Below, in pieces: positions 27,307 through 41,616 of a DNA stretch of 63,472 nucleotides. The stretch is from Octopus bimaculoides (lineage: Eukaryota), in contig NC_068981.1 of assembly GCF_001194135.2 (NCBI RefSeq), positions 154,737,800 through 154,801,271 of the forward strand, in the 5' to 3' direction. Numbering within the stretch: position 1 is the first letter of the stretch; every line of letters starts with the position of its first letter. Both the position numbers and the translations under genes were made by a program. The notes beneath the pieces were generated by a model that was given only the letters and a program-made list of their open reading frames with translations, was not told the DNA's origin and searched no databases.

Positions 27307-28279
27307 NNNNNNNNNNNNNNNNNNNNNNNNNNNNNNNNNNNNNNNNNNNNNNNNNNNNNNNNNNNNNNNNNNNNNNNNNNNNNNNNNNNNNNNNNNNNNN
27401 NNNNNNNNNNNNNNNNNNNNNNNNNNNNNNNNNNNNNNNNNNNNNNNNNNNNNNNNNNNNNNNNNNNNNNNNNNNNNNNNNNNNNNNNNNNNNNNNNNNN
27501 NNNNNNNNNNNNNNNNNNNNTAAAAGCACCCACTACACTCTCTGAGTGGTTGGCGTTAGGAAGGGCATCCAGCTGTAGAAACTCTGCCAAATTAGATTGG
27601 AGCCTGGTGTTGCCATCCGGTTTCACCAGTCCTCAGTCAAATCGTCCAACCCATGCTAGCATGGAAAGCGGACGGTAAACGATGATGATGATGATGATAT
27701 ATATATATATATACACACACATACATCCAGAGGTTAAATGATGATGATGAGGAGGATACATATATTCAGTAAGAAAGAGAGAATGTTTCAATAAAGAGGG
27801 GCTCTTCATGCATTTACCCAGAACATAAGATGTAAATAATGGAAAAAAGAAAAATACACCTACAGAGGAAAGACTCAAAAAGCATTTAATTAATTACTTA
27901 TACCACAGATTAGGTTCCTATAACACTTCATGCCCAAACCAAACAAACTTTCACAAAATCAGTTGATATGACAAAACATAATATTACAAATGAAGCATAA
28001 CTTGAATATTTCTTTAAAAAAAACTTATGCAAATGCTTAAAAACAACTGCATAACATACAAAATGCAGATATAACATCTAAAATTACTGTAATATCTTCA
28101 AAAACAAATACCAGCTCTGTAACATAACCCACTGGAAAAATCAAACCAAAACTTTTGTTACACACATGTACTGTATACTAGTTCTTTAATCTTTTGCAAT
28201 GCTCAAAATATAGACAATAAAAAGAAATGAAAAAAGATTCCCTTCTTAAAAGGTCTATCAAGCGCACAACATACTGGTA

Positions 28280-29081
28280 CAATTAGTAGAAACACACCTC
28301 TTACTGGAAGCGCAAGATACTGAGATACACATATCAGGATTTACAATCTATTGATCAGATCATTGATCCAGAAAAAATAACCGAGTGGTTTTGTATATCT
28401 GGGTGTCTCTAGAAAGACATGCTAGAATGCACTCTGTGTATTCCTGTATGGTATATGAGTTAATAACAATTAATGTGAGATATAAGAACATCATCTGATG
28501 TGTTACCAAACAACCTCTCCAGAAATTTCTTTTATTTATAACTGCTTTGAAAAGTTTGACAAATAAACAAAAGATACTTAGACAAGCTGACACTTGTTTG
28601 TACATCAACTTTCTCAACAACCTGAATCTACTGGGAATAAGGTAGCCTTCAGGGTATATCAAACCTTGAAGATCAATTCCACATAGAAAGAGAAAGTTGG
28701 AAGATCAATTCTACAAAGAAAGAGTAAGTTAGAATTAATTAATGCGACTCATAACAGTTTCATACACCAACAAATAATGCAACCCACATACAAACATAAT
28801 ACGTTAGGCTTAATATATACCAACAATACAGACTTGGTATCCATTATTTGAAATAAGCCCTTCTTTCTCCTTGAGTTTTTAATATATAATATTGAAAAGG
28901 ATTTCCTGACCAGAAGCCACAAATCACACAAATTCCGATTCTCAGAAATTGATCTCAAAGCTGGCTGGAAAGTAATCAATAAGTAGATTGGCATAATAAT
29001 TTCGGACAGTTCAGCCTAGCAAATAAAACTGAATTTCTGTACAAAGACAGCAAAATGATGATGATGATGATGATAATGATG

Positions 29082-29128
<47 letters not shown>

Positions 29129-29300
29129 CACAGTTTTCCAAGAGACAAGCAAATCATCAGAAAACACTCAAATATTACTAAAGACCTCATCAACCCAGCT
29201 CTAACACAGATAAAACTAAACAAAAAGAAAGATAAATATAAAAGTAATAGAAGCCACTTTGGTAGGCTTCTATGATGAAGAAACATCAAAGAAAGATCTC
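28280..29300 (+). mobile_element. Decayed CR1/L2-like LINE, AP-endonuclease region
   Basis: Translation LVETHLLLEAQDTEIHISGFTIY resembles ETHL..I.GFTIYRxDR; many stops. Confidence 0.5.
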
Positions 29301-29772
29301 TTGGCATCTAACCAGATAAAGTTAAACCCAAAGACTTTCTTCCACCAGGCACATGAGTCTTTAGGCTTATAATAAAAACAATTGGTCTGTGCACACACAC
29401 ACACACACACACAGAAACAATAAGATTGAATAGTAAAGAAATTTACTTTGTAACTATGAGGTGTTAGGTTCAATTCCTCTGTATTACATCTTGGGCAAAT
29501 GTTATTCCTTATAGTCTCAGATTAACCAATACTTTGTGAGTGAAAACAAGATTGAAATATGACAGAAGCTCATCAGGTGGACTGTGCTTGTATTTTCAAA
29601 GGTCCAGCTTTCTTACACACTGTGCCACGGTGATTCTGGTTGAGAATTACATTAAGGGTGCACATGTTTACAGTGGAATACTCAGCCACTTAAAAAAATT
29701 CAATGAGTAGGTAAGTCAGTTGATGAAACAACTGAATCCTCATTGGCTGAAATTCATGAAGATCCATATGTG

Positions 29773-29865
<93 letters not shown>

Positions 29866-30320
29866 GTTTAACGTCCGCTTTCCATGCTAGCATGGGTTGG
29901 ACGATTTGACTGAGGACTGGTGGACCAGGAGGCGACACCAGGCTCCAATCTGATTTGGTAGAGTTTCTACAGCTGGATGCCCAGAAAGTGGAAAGGATAT
30001 GAAATGGACAGACATCAGCCGGTAAACATATGTTTATTTATTCCAATGTATTGGATTGATACACACACATGTATTAGTGGTACAGGTTATCAAATAGAAA
30101 GAGCTAGTAATTGGTAATTGCAAACACAAGGGTGTGGAAGTATATAAGCATATAGGAACGAGTGATCAATTGAGCAGATGAACAAATGAACACATTGTGT
30201 ATAAAACCAAATGGGTGTGTAGGTGATAGTTCCTTACGGCCGTTTCTGCCAAGAGGCAACAAAATCTTCCAGGTAATCTCCATCTCTTCTGTCACACTAT
30301 ACCATGAAAAGGTTGGCCAC

Positions 30321-30357
<37 letters not shown>

Positions 30358-31334
30358 CTATATATAACTGTATAGTAATATATCATAATAATATTTATTC
30401 TCTGATTTGAAGTGACAATTTTAAAATATAAAATGACCCAAAAATGATGGGCTAACTCAGGCTGAGTTGAACCCACAAATCAATGCTTACATGTATATTT
30501 ATGTGTGTGAATGTGTATACATTACATTTATATCTACATATATATAAAGAGAGAGATATCCAAACACAAACACACAAAAAAAGATGCATATACAAATAGA
30601 TAAAGTTCATACATAAACATATATTTGTATACTGTGTCTTTCCACCAGACATATTATATACCATTAATCTTTTTTTGTTTCTAACGTGTAATTTACAAAA
30701 CAAATTACAAGATTACACTATATTAATTTTGTGTGGAACATTATCCAGATATTTTTGAAATAGGAACTTAAAATTTATGAAGCCAGGAAATAATTTTATT
30801 CAAAAATAGACAATGGCACATTGACATATTTCAATTCCTATTAAATTGATTTGGATATTTACCAAGATTGTTTGGGCTAAAATTGAATATAAGTAAGAAC
30901 ATCTTCCACTTGATTATATTTCCTTCTGCTATTTTTCTTAGATTTTAGTATGTTCCTTTCATAGATTTTTAAGAATCTCAAATGACTTAGAAATTCCTAA
31001 ATAGCTTCTGAATGGTAAATTTTATTATCCTTATTTGAATAATTTCTCCTCCTAGTACACTGTAAAATTAAATATATCACCAACCAGAAAAGTATAGCTG
31101 CACAATTAATGATAACTAATTAAGCCAATGTGTAGTTGTAATTCACCAATGTAAATAAAGTATCAATTTCTTGTATGAAAAGTTGTCAGATTCTATCCAC
31201 TACTGCTACTTATGCTGTTGCTCTTGAATGTTGCACCAAATTATACTTACTACAGTTTGTAGAATGAATATAATAACTCTTTTGATACCAACTCACCAAA
31301 AGCTGCCTCTGATGTTTTGATATGAACTTTCCGT

Positions 31335-31816
31335 TTCAACCCTTTTGCATTCGGATTACTTTGTCAAATGCAATGCTTATTTATTTTCATTATCATCATC
31401 ATCATTTAACATCTATTGTCCATGCCAGCATGGATTGGACAGTTTGACCAGGGCTGGCAAGCTGGAAGACTGTACCAGACTCTAGTCTGATTTGGCATAG
31501 TTTCTATGGCTGGATGCCCTTCCTAACACCAACCACTCTGAGAGTGTAATGGGTGCTTTTATGCACCACCAGCATGGGTGCAATTTGCATGACACCAATA
31601 TCTGTCATGACTATGATTTCACTTGGCTTGATGGGTCTTGTCATTGTTTTGAACTAATCATGCATTATCTTGTAGTTTTGAGATTTTGATGATATGACTG
31701 TATATTTTTAGAATGGCATTGTAGGGTAAGTGTTAGAAGCCAAATCTGGCCAGTTTGAACATAAAACAGGTAGAATATTTTGGCCAAATGTGGCCGGTTT
31801 AAATGCTAAAAGGTTA
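31335..31816. mobile_element. piggyBac-type MITE split by a family C retroposon (about 31385-31640)
   Basis: Reverse-complement match to the MITE at 1812-2934; right end aatgctaaaaggttaa. Confidence 0.7.
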
Positions 31817-32291
31817 AAATGATCTAAGTTGAAACTATCCATAAAAATTTCATGTTAATTTATGTTTCAAATACCAGCTTAATAATTCTTTCTACTATAA
31901 GCACAAGGCCTGAAATTTGGTGAAGGAAGACTAGTCAAATGCATTGACCCCAGTGCTCAGCTGGTACTTATTTTATCAACCACAAAAGGATGACTGGCAA
32001 AGTCAACCTCAACAAAATTTGAACATGAAACATAAAGAGGCAGAAGAAATGTCAATAGTTTACCACCATAAAAAATACTGATTTATCAATGGTAAAGTTA
32101 TTTTACTAAATTTTTCATTATTCTCAAAGTTAACTGAAACAAATGCAGAGTATTATAATAGTAACAAAAGGATTAAACTGTATTGCAGGGAAATTTGCAC
32201 TGATCAAAAATTCTAATGACAGTTACCAAGAATCCTGCTACCACGTCCACGTTTACCTTTTCCCTTTTCTTTCACAATCTGTTTTATGTAG

Positions 32292-35020
32292 TCTTCCTCC
32301 TATATATATTCGTTCTGTTTATTCCACTTTAGCATGGGCTAGAAGAATATATTATTGGGGTATTATTTTATATCGGATATTCATCTTGTCACTGACTGTT
32401 TCACTCATTTAGAAAAATATATTGAATGTTCGTAACTGCAAGTTACATAGCTCACTTTCGAGGGCCATGCTGTTCCTACCATCATCTTTCCACGTGTGGA
32501 GTGGTATTACCCCTTTTATGGCTGCCAGCTCATTCATCACTCATCTCATGATATACACATGGTTGCACAAGACTTTCCTTGAGAGTTCTATAAAAAGTAT
32601 ATCAGAATAACAAAATCAATAACCCAATGCAACTATACCTCCTCAAAATGTTTTGGTTTTTTTACATCCTGCTGCAATTCTTGCACTTCACCTCAGTTGA
32701 GGACTTGACGAAATTTTTGTGTTCAATCTTCGATGGCTAGCATTGTCAATAATAGGCTGCTCCACTTCTTCTATAACTTCAGTGTTGGTGTCACGCCTAG
32801 CCTGGGGACTTGATATGGTTGCATCATCACTATTAGACATCCTTGCAGACTCAGCATGAAACATTGTGCCAGGTGTTGTGCTCAATTCTGATTCTGGTTC
32901 TTGTGTGTTTAGCAGGGCCAGTTGCTCAACTTCCACTAACTGCAGCAGGCAACCCTCCTTAATCCATGCAGTATTCGTTGCGGCATGTATCACATATTTT
33001 GCCTTGGATGCAAACCTTGTTGAACATGGTTTTGTGCATTACATCCTCATCTATTTTGAAGAATGGGTTTACAGCAACCCTCAATGGTCTTTTCATTAAC
33101 TTTTCGGCCAATGATAATTTACAACCACCCAAGGCACTCTGATGGTTGAACAGAATTTTGTTCAAGTAGTTGCTGAAATTCCTTGTCTTCAAATCAAAAT
33201 GCTTCCATGCAGATTTCACAGATTGTACGGCCCTTTCAGTGGTGCCGTTAGATGCCGGACTGTAAGCAGGTGTCTCAGTTTTTCTGCAACCCATTGATGA
33301 CAGCATATTCTTTAACGCAACAAATTCAGGCCAATTGTCTGATACTAAAGTTGTGGGGCACATTAAAACAAGTAAGGACCTCAAGCAGCTTGCTCTTTAC
33401 TGCCTCAGTCAAGCGATTAGGACACAAGAATGCCTCAATTCATGTTGAATAGGCATCTAACAATTACAAGAATGTTACCGATGTTTGGAACATATGCCCA
33501 ATCCATATGCACACGTTCCTAGGGTCCAGAAATAGAGCTAACTCTCTGGCAACTATTGCAAGATTTGACAAACTTCTCCACCAGGTAAGCCAACTCAGGC
33601 CACCAAATACAGAGTCATGCCTTCTTAATTGTTTGTTGAATGCCCATGTGTGTGTCATGTATTTTAGCTAATACTGCAGCTCTATAAGCTGCTGGAATAC
33701 ATGGACGATTCTTTATGATATATAAAGCCATTTTCGCATGTTAAAAAATCTTTCTCTTTAACAAATGCATGTTTCAGATTCGAAACTGATTTCCAATTTT
33801 GCTGTAAAATTCTTTCTTTCATTTTGTTACATAAAGCAACTGCATTTAGTTGTTTTCAGATGCCTTCCATCATTACAGGATCAATGTCCTGTCATGCACT
33901 GTTGCATTTGTTTAAAGAAAGTTATGTTGCCATCGTTAGTCTCATTATACCTCAATCTAGAGAGGGCATAGATGTGTGGAATACTTTTACCCAGAACATG
34001 CTTAATGAAGGGATTGTACTGCGATAGAATCAAACTCCACCAGGCTATTTTTTGTGAAGCACATTTAGATTCATCTAAATCATTCGTGAACAGGATTTTT
34101 AAAGGCTGATGATCTGTTTCCAAATGAAACTGCTTTCCCAGAAGGAAATGCCACAGTCTATCTATGCACCATAATACTGCATAAGCTTTTCCCTCTATCT
34201 TCGACCAATTTTATTGTGCCTGGCTAAAGGTGTAGTTTATGAATGCTACTGGGTGTCCTTCCTGGGATAACACCCCAGCTACTGCAATCAAGGATGCATC
34301 TACAGTGAAAGTGCTCATCTGTTCCATTGAGTACAGTTGCAAAACTGGAGCCTCCAAAAGATGAGTAATAAGCATACGGAAGGCCTTATCTTGCTCTTTA
34401 CTCCACTTAAATTCTTTAGATCTAGCTGATGAGAGTGGTTTTACTTTTTCAACATATGCCGGGACAAATCTTCTGTAGTAATTTGTCAGACCCAATATTT
34501 TGCCAAAATCTTCCTTCAGTTTAGGAACTTGTATGTCCTTTAGTTTTATTACCAATTCCTGATATGGAGAAATACCTGCTTCAGATATGTTTATTCCTAA
34601 GAAAGTCAACTTTCTTCTTCTGGGGAATGACTTTTCTTTGTTAATGGAGAATTGTACCTTGGTTAGCCATGCAACTACTGCATTTTCTCTGCTCATCAAT
34701 TTTACTTCACTACTAGCATAGATGAGGATATCATCTTGGTATACTCTGACTCCTTCGATCCCTTTTAGTAAAGTTTCCATGTGGTTCTGAAATATGCCAC
34801 TCGATTTCTTAAGGCCCATTTGAAGTTTGTTAACCAGGTACAAACCATTGGTTGTATTAATAGTGCAAATCCACCTTCCTTCCACCACTAAAGGTATTTG
34901 CCAATATGCATGCTTTAAATTGAAAGTGGAGAAAAATTTTGCGTCTGACATACTGGAGAAGATAGTGTTATTGACTGGGAAGTGAAAACAACTCTGCTCC
35001 TGGCAAGTGACTTTTGTAAA
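32292..35020 (-). mobile_element. Degenerate Ty3/Gypsy LTR retrotransposon: RT, RNase H, integrase and a possible 3' LTR
   Basis: Domain order is RT (34211-35050; LKHAYWQIPL, QMGLKKSSGIFQ, YQDD), RNase H (ETDHQPL, KHVLGKSIPHIYALSR), then integrase (VSDNWPEF, PAYSPASNGTTERAVQSVK). Frameshifts and stops are present. A PPT-like gaggagg near 32640 and an LTR-like stretch ending ..ACTACA near 32292 are weak calls. Confidence 0.9.
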
Positions 35021-35235
35021 ATGTACATGTAAACAAACACAGACATACACATATATATATATATCATCATTTGCATGTATCAGTTTCCATCAATTAAATT
35101 TACTCACAAGACTTTGGCTGGTCTGGGGCAATAGAAGAAACCACTTGCCCCAAGGAGCTACACAGTGGGACTGAATCTGAGACCACATGGTTAGGAAACA
35201 AGCTTCTCAACCACACAACAGCACTTGTAGCTTAT

Positions 35236-35279
<44 letters not shown>

Positions 35280-36364
35280 TTAGTGGGAGAGAACAATTGA
35301 TTGTTGAGGATGTGAGATTATCTCCTCTTCTCATTGGAAGTTGATTGCAATTACCCACCAGGTGTTTTGTTTGTTTATTTCTCAAAGCAAAGATCCTTTC
35401 AATAAATTGAAAATTTACCTTGTATAATGCCATTGGGCTACTATAAGTTATGTTTTTTTAGCTACTTTATATTATATACATTCATCATACAAACATATGT
35501 ATATACATGTGTGTGTGTGTATACAAATAGACACACTCGCATACAACTACACACATCAGGAAATGTGTTAATTATGAAAACACTTCTAATACACTATTAT
35601 TATTAATACATGTGCTAGTACTGAGAATATTTTAAACATGATCCTGTGTTAAAAAGGTGTAGACTTGAGGTGAAAGGAAACAAATCAGATGTTAAGAGTG
35701 AAGTTAATAGTAGTGGCTTTAAGAACAGTGTTACAAAAGTTAGAACAGCTAATTGAAACAATATCAGTTAACTGTAACAACAACATTATTGATGTTTTTT
35801 TGACTAGGCAAAAGGCCAATTTTCCTTTAACAGAGTAGATACAGTCAATTGAATCAACCTAGTACATTATTGGCACTTATTTCACAAACCCTGGTGGGAT
35901 TTGAAAAGTAAAATCAATCCTAACAGGATTTGAACTTGGCACAGCAAGGTACAAAACTTAAACAGATAAAATATCTGGTCAGGTGATCTAGATCTACTCT
36001 TTCAATAATTTCCATTCTCTTCTTTACTTGTTTCAGTCATCAGAGTCTGGCTATGCTGGAGCAAGTCAACCCCAGTACTTATATTTTTAATCTGGTACTT
36101 ATTCCATCAATAACTTTTGCTGAACTACTAAGTTATGGTGAAATAAACAAGCAGTGGTGGATGATAAATAGAAATGCACATACATACATACATATACATA
36201 TATACATATATATACATATACACATATATATGCACACACACATATATATGCACACACACATATATACATATATATATATTTATAGATACATACGAGAAGA
36301 CCTGGCAAGCCAAGTGAGACCATAATCTGAGGCCTCTGCCAGGGGTGTAGCCAGCCCACTTATG

Positions 36365-36567
36365 CATACCTTTCCTTCATTGGACACTAAACTCTGCTTG
36401 CGAACACCTGTCGAGGCAAGTGAAATCGAAATCGAACCAAATTCGACAGCTGGCACCCATGCCAACCTCTCCTTCATTGGACACTAAACTCGGCTTGCGA
36501 AGACCTGTTGGGGCAAGTGAAATCGAAATCGTGATTGAACCAAATTTGATGACTGGCACCTGTGCCA
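36365..36567 (+). repeat. About 105-110 bp tandem units at the edge of an assembly gap
   Basis: ccttcattggacactaaactc..gcaagtgaaatcgaaatcg occurs twice before the N run. Confidence 0.8.
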
Positions 36568-37572
36568 NNNNNNNNNNNNNNNNNNNNNNNNNNNNNNNNN
36601 NNNNNNNNNNNNNNNNNNNNNNNNNNNNNNNNNNNNNNNNNNNNNNNNNNNNNNNNNNNNNNNNNNNNNNNNNNNNNNNNNNNNNNNNNNNNNNNNNNNN
36701 NNNNNNNNNNNNNNNNNNNNNNNNNNNNNNNNNNNNNNNNNNNNNNNNNNNNNNNNNNNNNNNNNNNNNNNNNNNNNNNNNNNNNNNNNNNNNNNNNNNN
36801 NNNNNNNNNNNNNNNNNNNNNNNNNNNNNNNNNNNNNNNNNNNNNNNNNNNNNNNNNNNNNNNNNNNNNNNNNNNNNNNNNNNNNNNNNNNNNNNNNNNN
36901 NNNNNNNNNNNNNNNNNNNNNNNNNNNNNNNNNNNNNNNNNNNNNNNNNNNNNNNNNNNNNNNNNNNNNNNNNNNNNNNNNNNNNNNNNNNNNNNNNNNN
37001 NNNNNNNNNNNNNNNNNNNNNNNNNNNNNNNNNNNNNNNNNNNNNNNNNNNNNNNNNNNNNNNNNNNNNNNNNNNNNNNNNNNNNNNNNNNNNNNNNNNN
37101 NNNNNNNNNNNNNNNNNNNNNNNNNNNNNNNNNNNNNNNNNNNNNNNNNNNNNNNNNNNNNNNNNNNNNNNNNNNNNNNNNNNNNNNNNNNNNNNNNNNN
37201 NNNNNNNNNNNNNNNNNNNNNNNNNNNNNNNNNNNNNNNNNNNNNNNNNNNNNNNNNNNNNNNNNNNNNNNNNNNNNNNNNNNNNNNNNNNNNNNNNNNN
37301 NNNNNNNNNNNNNNNNNNNNNNNNNNNNNNNNNNNNNNNNNNNNNNNNNNNNNNNNNNNNNNNNNNNNNNNNNNNNNNNNNNNNNNNNNNNNNNNNNNNN
37401 NNNNNNNNNNNNNNNNNNNNNNNNNNNNNNNNNNNNNNNNNNNNNNNNNNNNNNNNNNNNNNNNNNNNNNNNNNNNNNNNNNNNNNNNNNNNNNNNNNNN
37501 NNNNNNNNNNNNNNNNNNNTATACTTGAGTATATATAAATTTAAAGAATGGAGTAAACGCATATTATAACTG

Positions 37573-37673
37573 CATACTTTTATTCCGACATATCTTTCGA
37601 AGAATTACAATTTATGTGATCCATAGGAATCGGCGATGTTAAAAATGTAAACTTCTCCTCAGGGAAAAGTATG
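37573..37673 (-). ncRNA. Type I hammerhead ribozyme (HHR-2), stem III slightly degenerate
   Basis: CATACTTTTCC-CTGAGGA-GAAG..(57 nt)..CTTC-GAAA-GATATG-TC-GGAATAAAAGTATG. Core intact with a GUC triplet and an 11-bp stem I with a 3-nt bulge; 15.2/16.2 is a G.G mismatch. Confidence 0.7.
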
Positions 37674-37782
37674 GGAACCAGCTTAAACATAAGACATTAT
37701 AATCGAATATACTTGAGTATATATATAAAAGTCCACAGTCAAATTGTCCAACCCAAGCTAGCATGGAAGGTGGACGTTAAAC

Positions 37783-37824
<42 letters not shown>

Positions 37825-38485
37825 ATATATATAAAGGTTATATTTCTAATGACTGATTTTTTGCTTGGAGAAACATCACCAGTATTTTTTGAAATGGTAA
37901 GGCATACAATGAACAGAATCAACCTTGGTATATTATTGCAATTTATTATGTTCCCTTCAAAATCATAAGCAGCTTCCTGCAGAAAAGGGGGGGAAAATCC
38001 TCCCATTTTCACTCTCAGAACCGGACTTTCTGGTACCAATGAGTAATTCTCTAACTTTGTTCCTTCTCATCCTCTCCTGTCTTTTCACTGTTGTTATAGT
38101 GATTCCTCTTTTCCATCCATTTTTAGTTTTAATTCAATTTATTTTTAGTCAGTTTTTTAATATTTTAACTTTAACATTTTTATTTTATTTCCATTGAAGC
38201 CCCAGTATTCTAGCCCTGGCTACCTATTTGATTAATTTCTTTTGTATTGCATTTTGTTAATAACAGCACTATTGGTTACAAGTTTCCAGTCACTGGTTTA
38301 CTTTATATGTGATGGTGGCAAGAGTGATAAGGGATTGTCTGTACAACTCAAGCAGAACACATATTAAAATGGAATTTCATTGAAAAGAATTGGCTTATCA
38401 GTTTCCTTGCTGATGCTCATATGATGCTGCCACCAATATACATTGCCAAAAGCTATAAATACACATGTGTGTGTGTGTGTGTGTG

Positions 38486-38542
<57 letters not shown>

Positions 38543-40698
38543 AGGAGGGAGAGAGAGAAGGAGGGAGAGAGAGAATATCTATACTTATATTTATCCTCAT
38601 TTAACATCTATCTCATGCTGACATGCATTAAACAGTTCCACAACATTCAACAAGCAAAGGACTGCATTGAATTCCAATGTTTGCATTGGCAAGGCTTCTA
38701 TAGCTGGATGCCCTTCCTAAAAGCAACTGTTTGACAGGAGTGTACTGGGTAGTATTTTTGTGACACCACTACAAGTAATATTACAAAGTAATTTGCATGA
38801 CAAGGTCCTTCAAACCAAGTGAGAGTATAGTATTGAGGGAGGTCAAAATATGATAGAAGGATAGGAACAGGTGTCTTGCTAAAGAGGAGATACAGTTGTT
38901 CATTCAGGCATAGGTAAGAACAGACTTGTGGCACTTTTTCTACAACCAGATTTTTTCCCTGCTGTCAATCTTTAACCTGCTTTCCTCACCCATCAAAAAT
39001 TGAGTGAGACATTTTGCCCACTAGACACTGTAAAAAAGACATTGTTTTTACTCAGGTAATATTGAGGACATCTGGAATGACAAATATTCACACACACACA
39101 CACACACGTGCGCGATGAGCTTTTTCTCAATTTCTCTCTACCAATTCCAAGGCCCTAATAGAATACAATTGCCCAAAGTGACACACATTGAGAGTGAGAC
39201 CCAGAACATGTGACTGCAAAACAAACTTTATAACCCCACAACCGTGCCTGCACCTCTGATGTTATTGTGACTACATACAACAGTATGGTTGCCAGTGGCA
39301 TTTTTTTTTTTATATCTTCAGTATTTGGCAAATAGCACAATTGTGAAATCGCTTCACAAGTAATATGGAAGCTAATAAAAAACATGGGTATGAGGTCATT
39401 GTTAAGCCCAGTATTTGATTGATTCTTATTTTATTTATTCTGCAAGGATAACAGCAAAGACGACCTAAGCAGGATTTGAACAGAGAACATAGAGAAGTGT
39501 AAGTAAATACTATGTTGTTGCATGTTCTACTAATTCACTGCCTTCCTATACTGCTAAATATTACTAACTATAACAGCTTTAGTAAAGTGTAAGTTGAAAT
39601 TAAGCTAATGTCTTTCATTCACAATTCAATACCCAAGAAACATTATGCTGAAATATGTAGGCAAAGTACATTGACTCCATTTGTAACATTTCAGTTTATA
39701 ATCACTCAAGAAACTCCATTTCATGGTTGGATAACAGGAATTAGGAATGTCATCCAGCCATAAGAATTAGTAGTAATTCATGCAAAATGCCATAATTTCC
39801 GATGCTTATAATTGGAAAGTGCACATAATTTTTTCTCCTTTTTTTTTAACAGAAAAGAAAAACAGAAAATTGTAACAACTATTCAGAAATGAGAAAATTT
39901 GTTAATTTTTTTTCATTTTTCCTAGTGTTTGCTATTTTAATATTTTAACATTCTTTAAAACAAAATCCATATTAGTGTGTGAACCTCTAGCTAACAAAAG
40001 AACTTGTAAGTGGTTGTTTGATCTGCTAGGATTAGACGGAAAATTCCTTCAAAGTTCACTCTATCATCTTTGAAATAAATAAAGGTACTGGAGAAAGTAA
40101 TCTTGAATATAATAATTCTAGAAGAGACAGGCTGGATGGTCACAGTTTGAATGCCAGTCCAATACACAGGAACAAAACCAAACAGTAACTACTTTGCACC
40201 AGACAGATTTCAAATCTTTAAAAGATTTTTCATTATGATACTGACACAAACATAATCTAACAGCACTATTTATCAAGACTTCACATAAATACATCACATT
40301 TCAGAATTCGTAACAACAACATCAATAATAAAAGTAGTGTGTAGCCCTTTTATCTCCTTTCTCAAAACTACAGCTCTCTAGAGAACACATTTTAAAAAGT
40401 TCAAGCACTTCATAGACAAAAGTAATCCGTGTAAACAACATAAAAATTCAAAAAATAGTGAAATACAATACAAGCAGCCTATAAGACAACTTTATGAAAC
40501 TAAAAGATGTTATCATCACACATGACATTCATTTTGTGTCAGAACAGAAAATACTTCTGCAACTACAAATGCAGAATTCAAATTCCTAATTATTATCCAA
40601 TAAGCTGTGATACAGTAAATACAGGAGGAGGCCTCATAATGAAAGACATAATATATAAACCAACACACTAGGAAAGTAAGAATGCAAAGCATATTAAT

Positions 40699-40787
<89 letters not shown>

Positions 40788-41229
40788 TACACACACACAC
40801 ATATAGCACACACATACATGAAGGCGCATGAACTAGTGATTAGGGTGTTAAAATCACCTGATTATGGGTTCAATTCCCAGGGCGAGTGGTGCATTGTGTT
40901 CTTGAGCAAAACACTTCATTATGTATGTATGTATTATGTATGTTGACTACTCATGAGCTCTTCTGCCCTTTGACAGGTCTTATTTTTCATCCCGACCATG
41001 CAACAGGTTGTACTGGATTACATGTTACCAGTAGCACTCAAGAGTGACCTCATTCTTTCATCTACCTTGGAAGCTCTGTACAAAACGATGGAAATCTGGA
41101 CACAGAAATACATCTGTGAGTTCAAAGGGCAGCACAAGCATTTGGTGGTTTAGAGTTACGCATTTGGTGCTAACAACATCTAAATAACAACACAAAATTG
41201 GCTCTTTACAAACCATTTGTCTTGCTATC

Positions 41230-41480
41230 CCTGTTGTATTCTTCTGAAACATGAACATGTTATGAAAGACATTTCAAATTGTTAGAACAATTCCTCCAAA
41301 AATGCCTTCATCACATTTTAAACATTAAATGGAGTTCTTTTACTCTAAATACAAATGTACTTGCATCTGCAGGCATTACTTCCAGTAAAACAATGATTCT
41401 GAAAAACCAAATGAGATAGTGTAGCCATATTGTTCGAATGGCAGATGAACACACACCCAAACAACTGTTTTATGATGAGC
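41230..41480 (+). mobile_element. RTE LINE 3' ORF fragment
   Basis: Translation LEQFLQKCLHHILNIKWSSFTLNTNVLASAG..SHIVRMADEHTPKQLFYDEL resembles RTE/BovB C-termini. Confidence 0.8.
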
Positions 41481-41616
41481 TTGTTTTACTGGAAGTAATG
41501 CCTGCAGATGCAAGTACATTTGTATTTAGAGTAAAAGAACTCCATTTAATGTTTAAAATGTGATGAAGGCATTTTTGGAGGAATTGTTCTAACAATTTGA
41601 AATGTCTTTCATAACA
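41258..41616. repeat. Perfect 136-bp inverted repeat with an 87-nt spacer
   Basis: 41258-41393 is the exact reverse complement of 41481-41616, checked base by base. Confidence 0.95.

Noticed and set aside
36365-36567. Tandem units as a possible CRISPR-like array
   Set aside because: There are no unique spacers, the context is eukaryotic, and the units are simple diverged tandem repeats.
36420-37569. Long ORFs of 335-372 aa in the supplied track
   Set aside because: They are open only because they run through N gaps. The same applies to ORFs at 8101-8612, 20230-20610 and 27005-27626.
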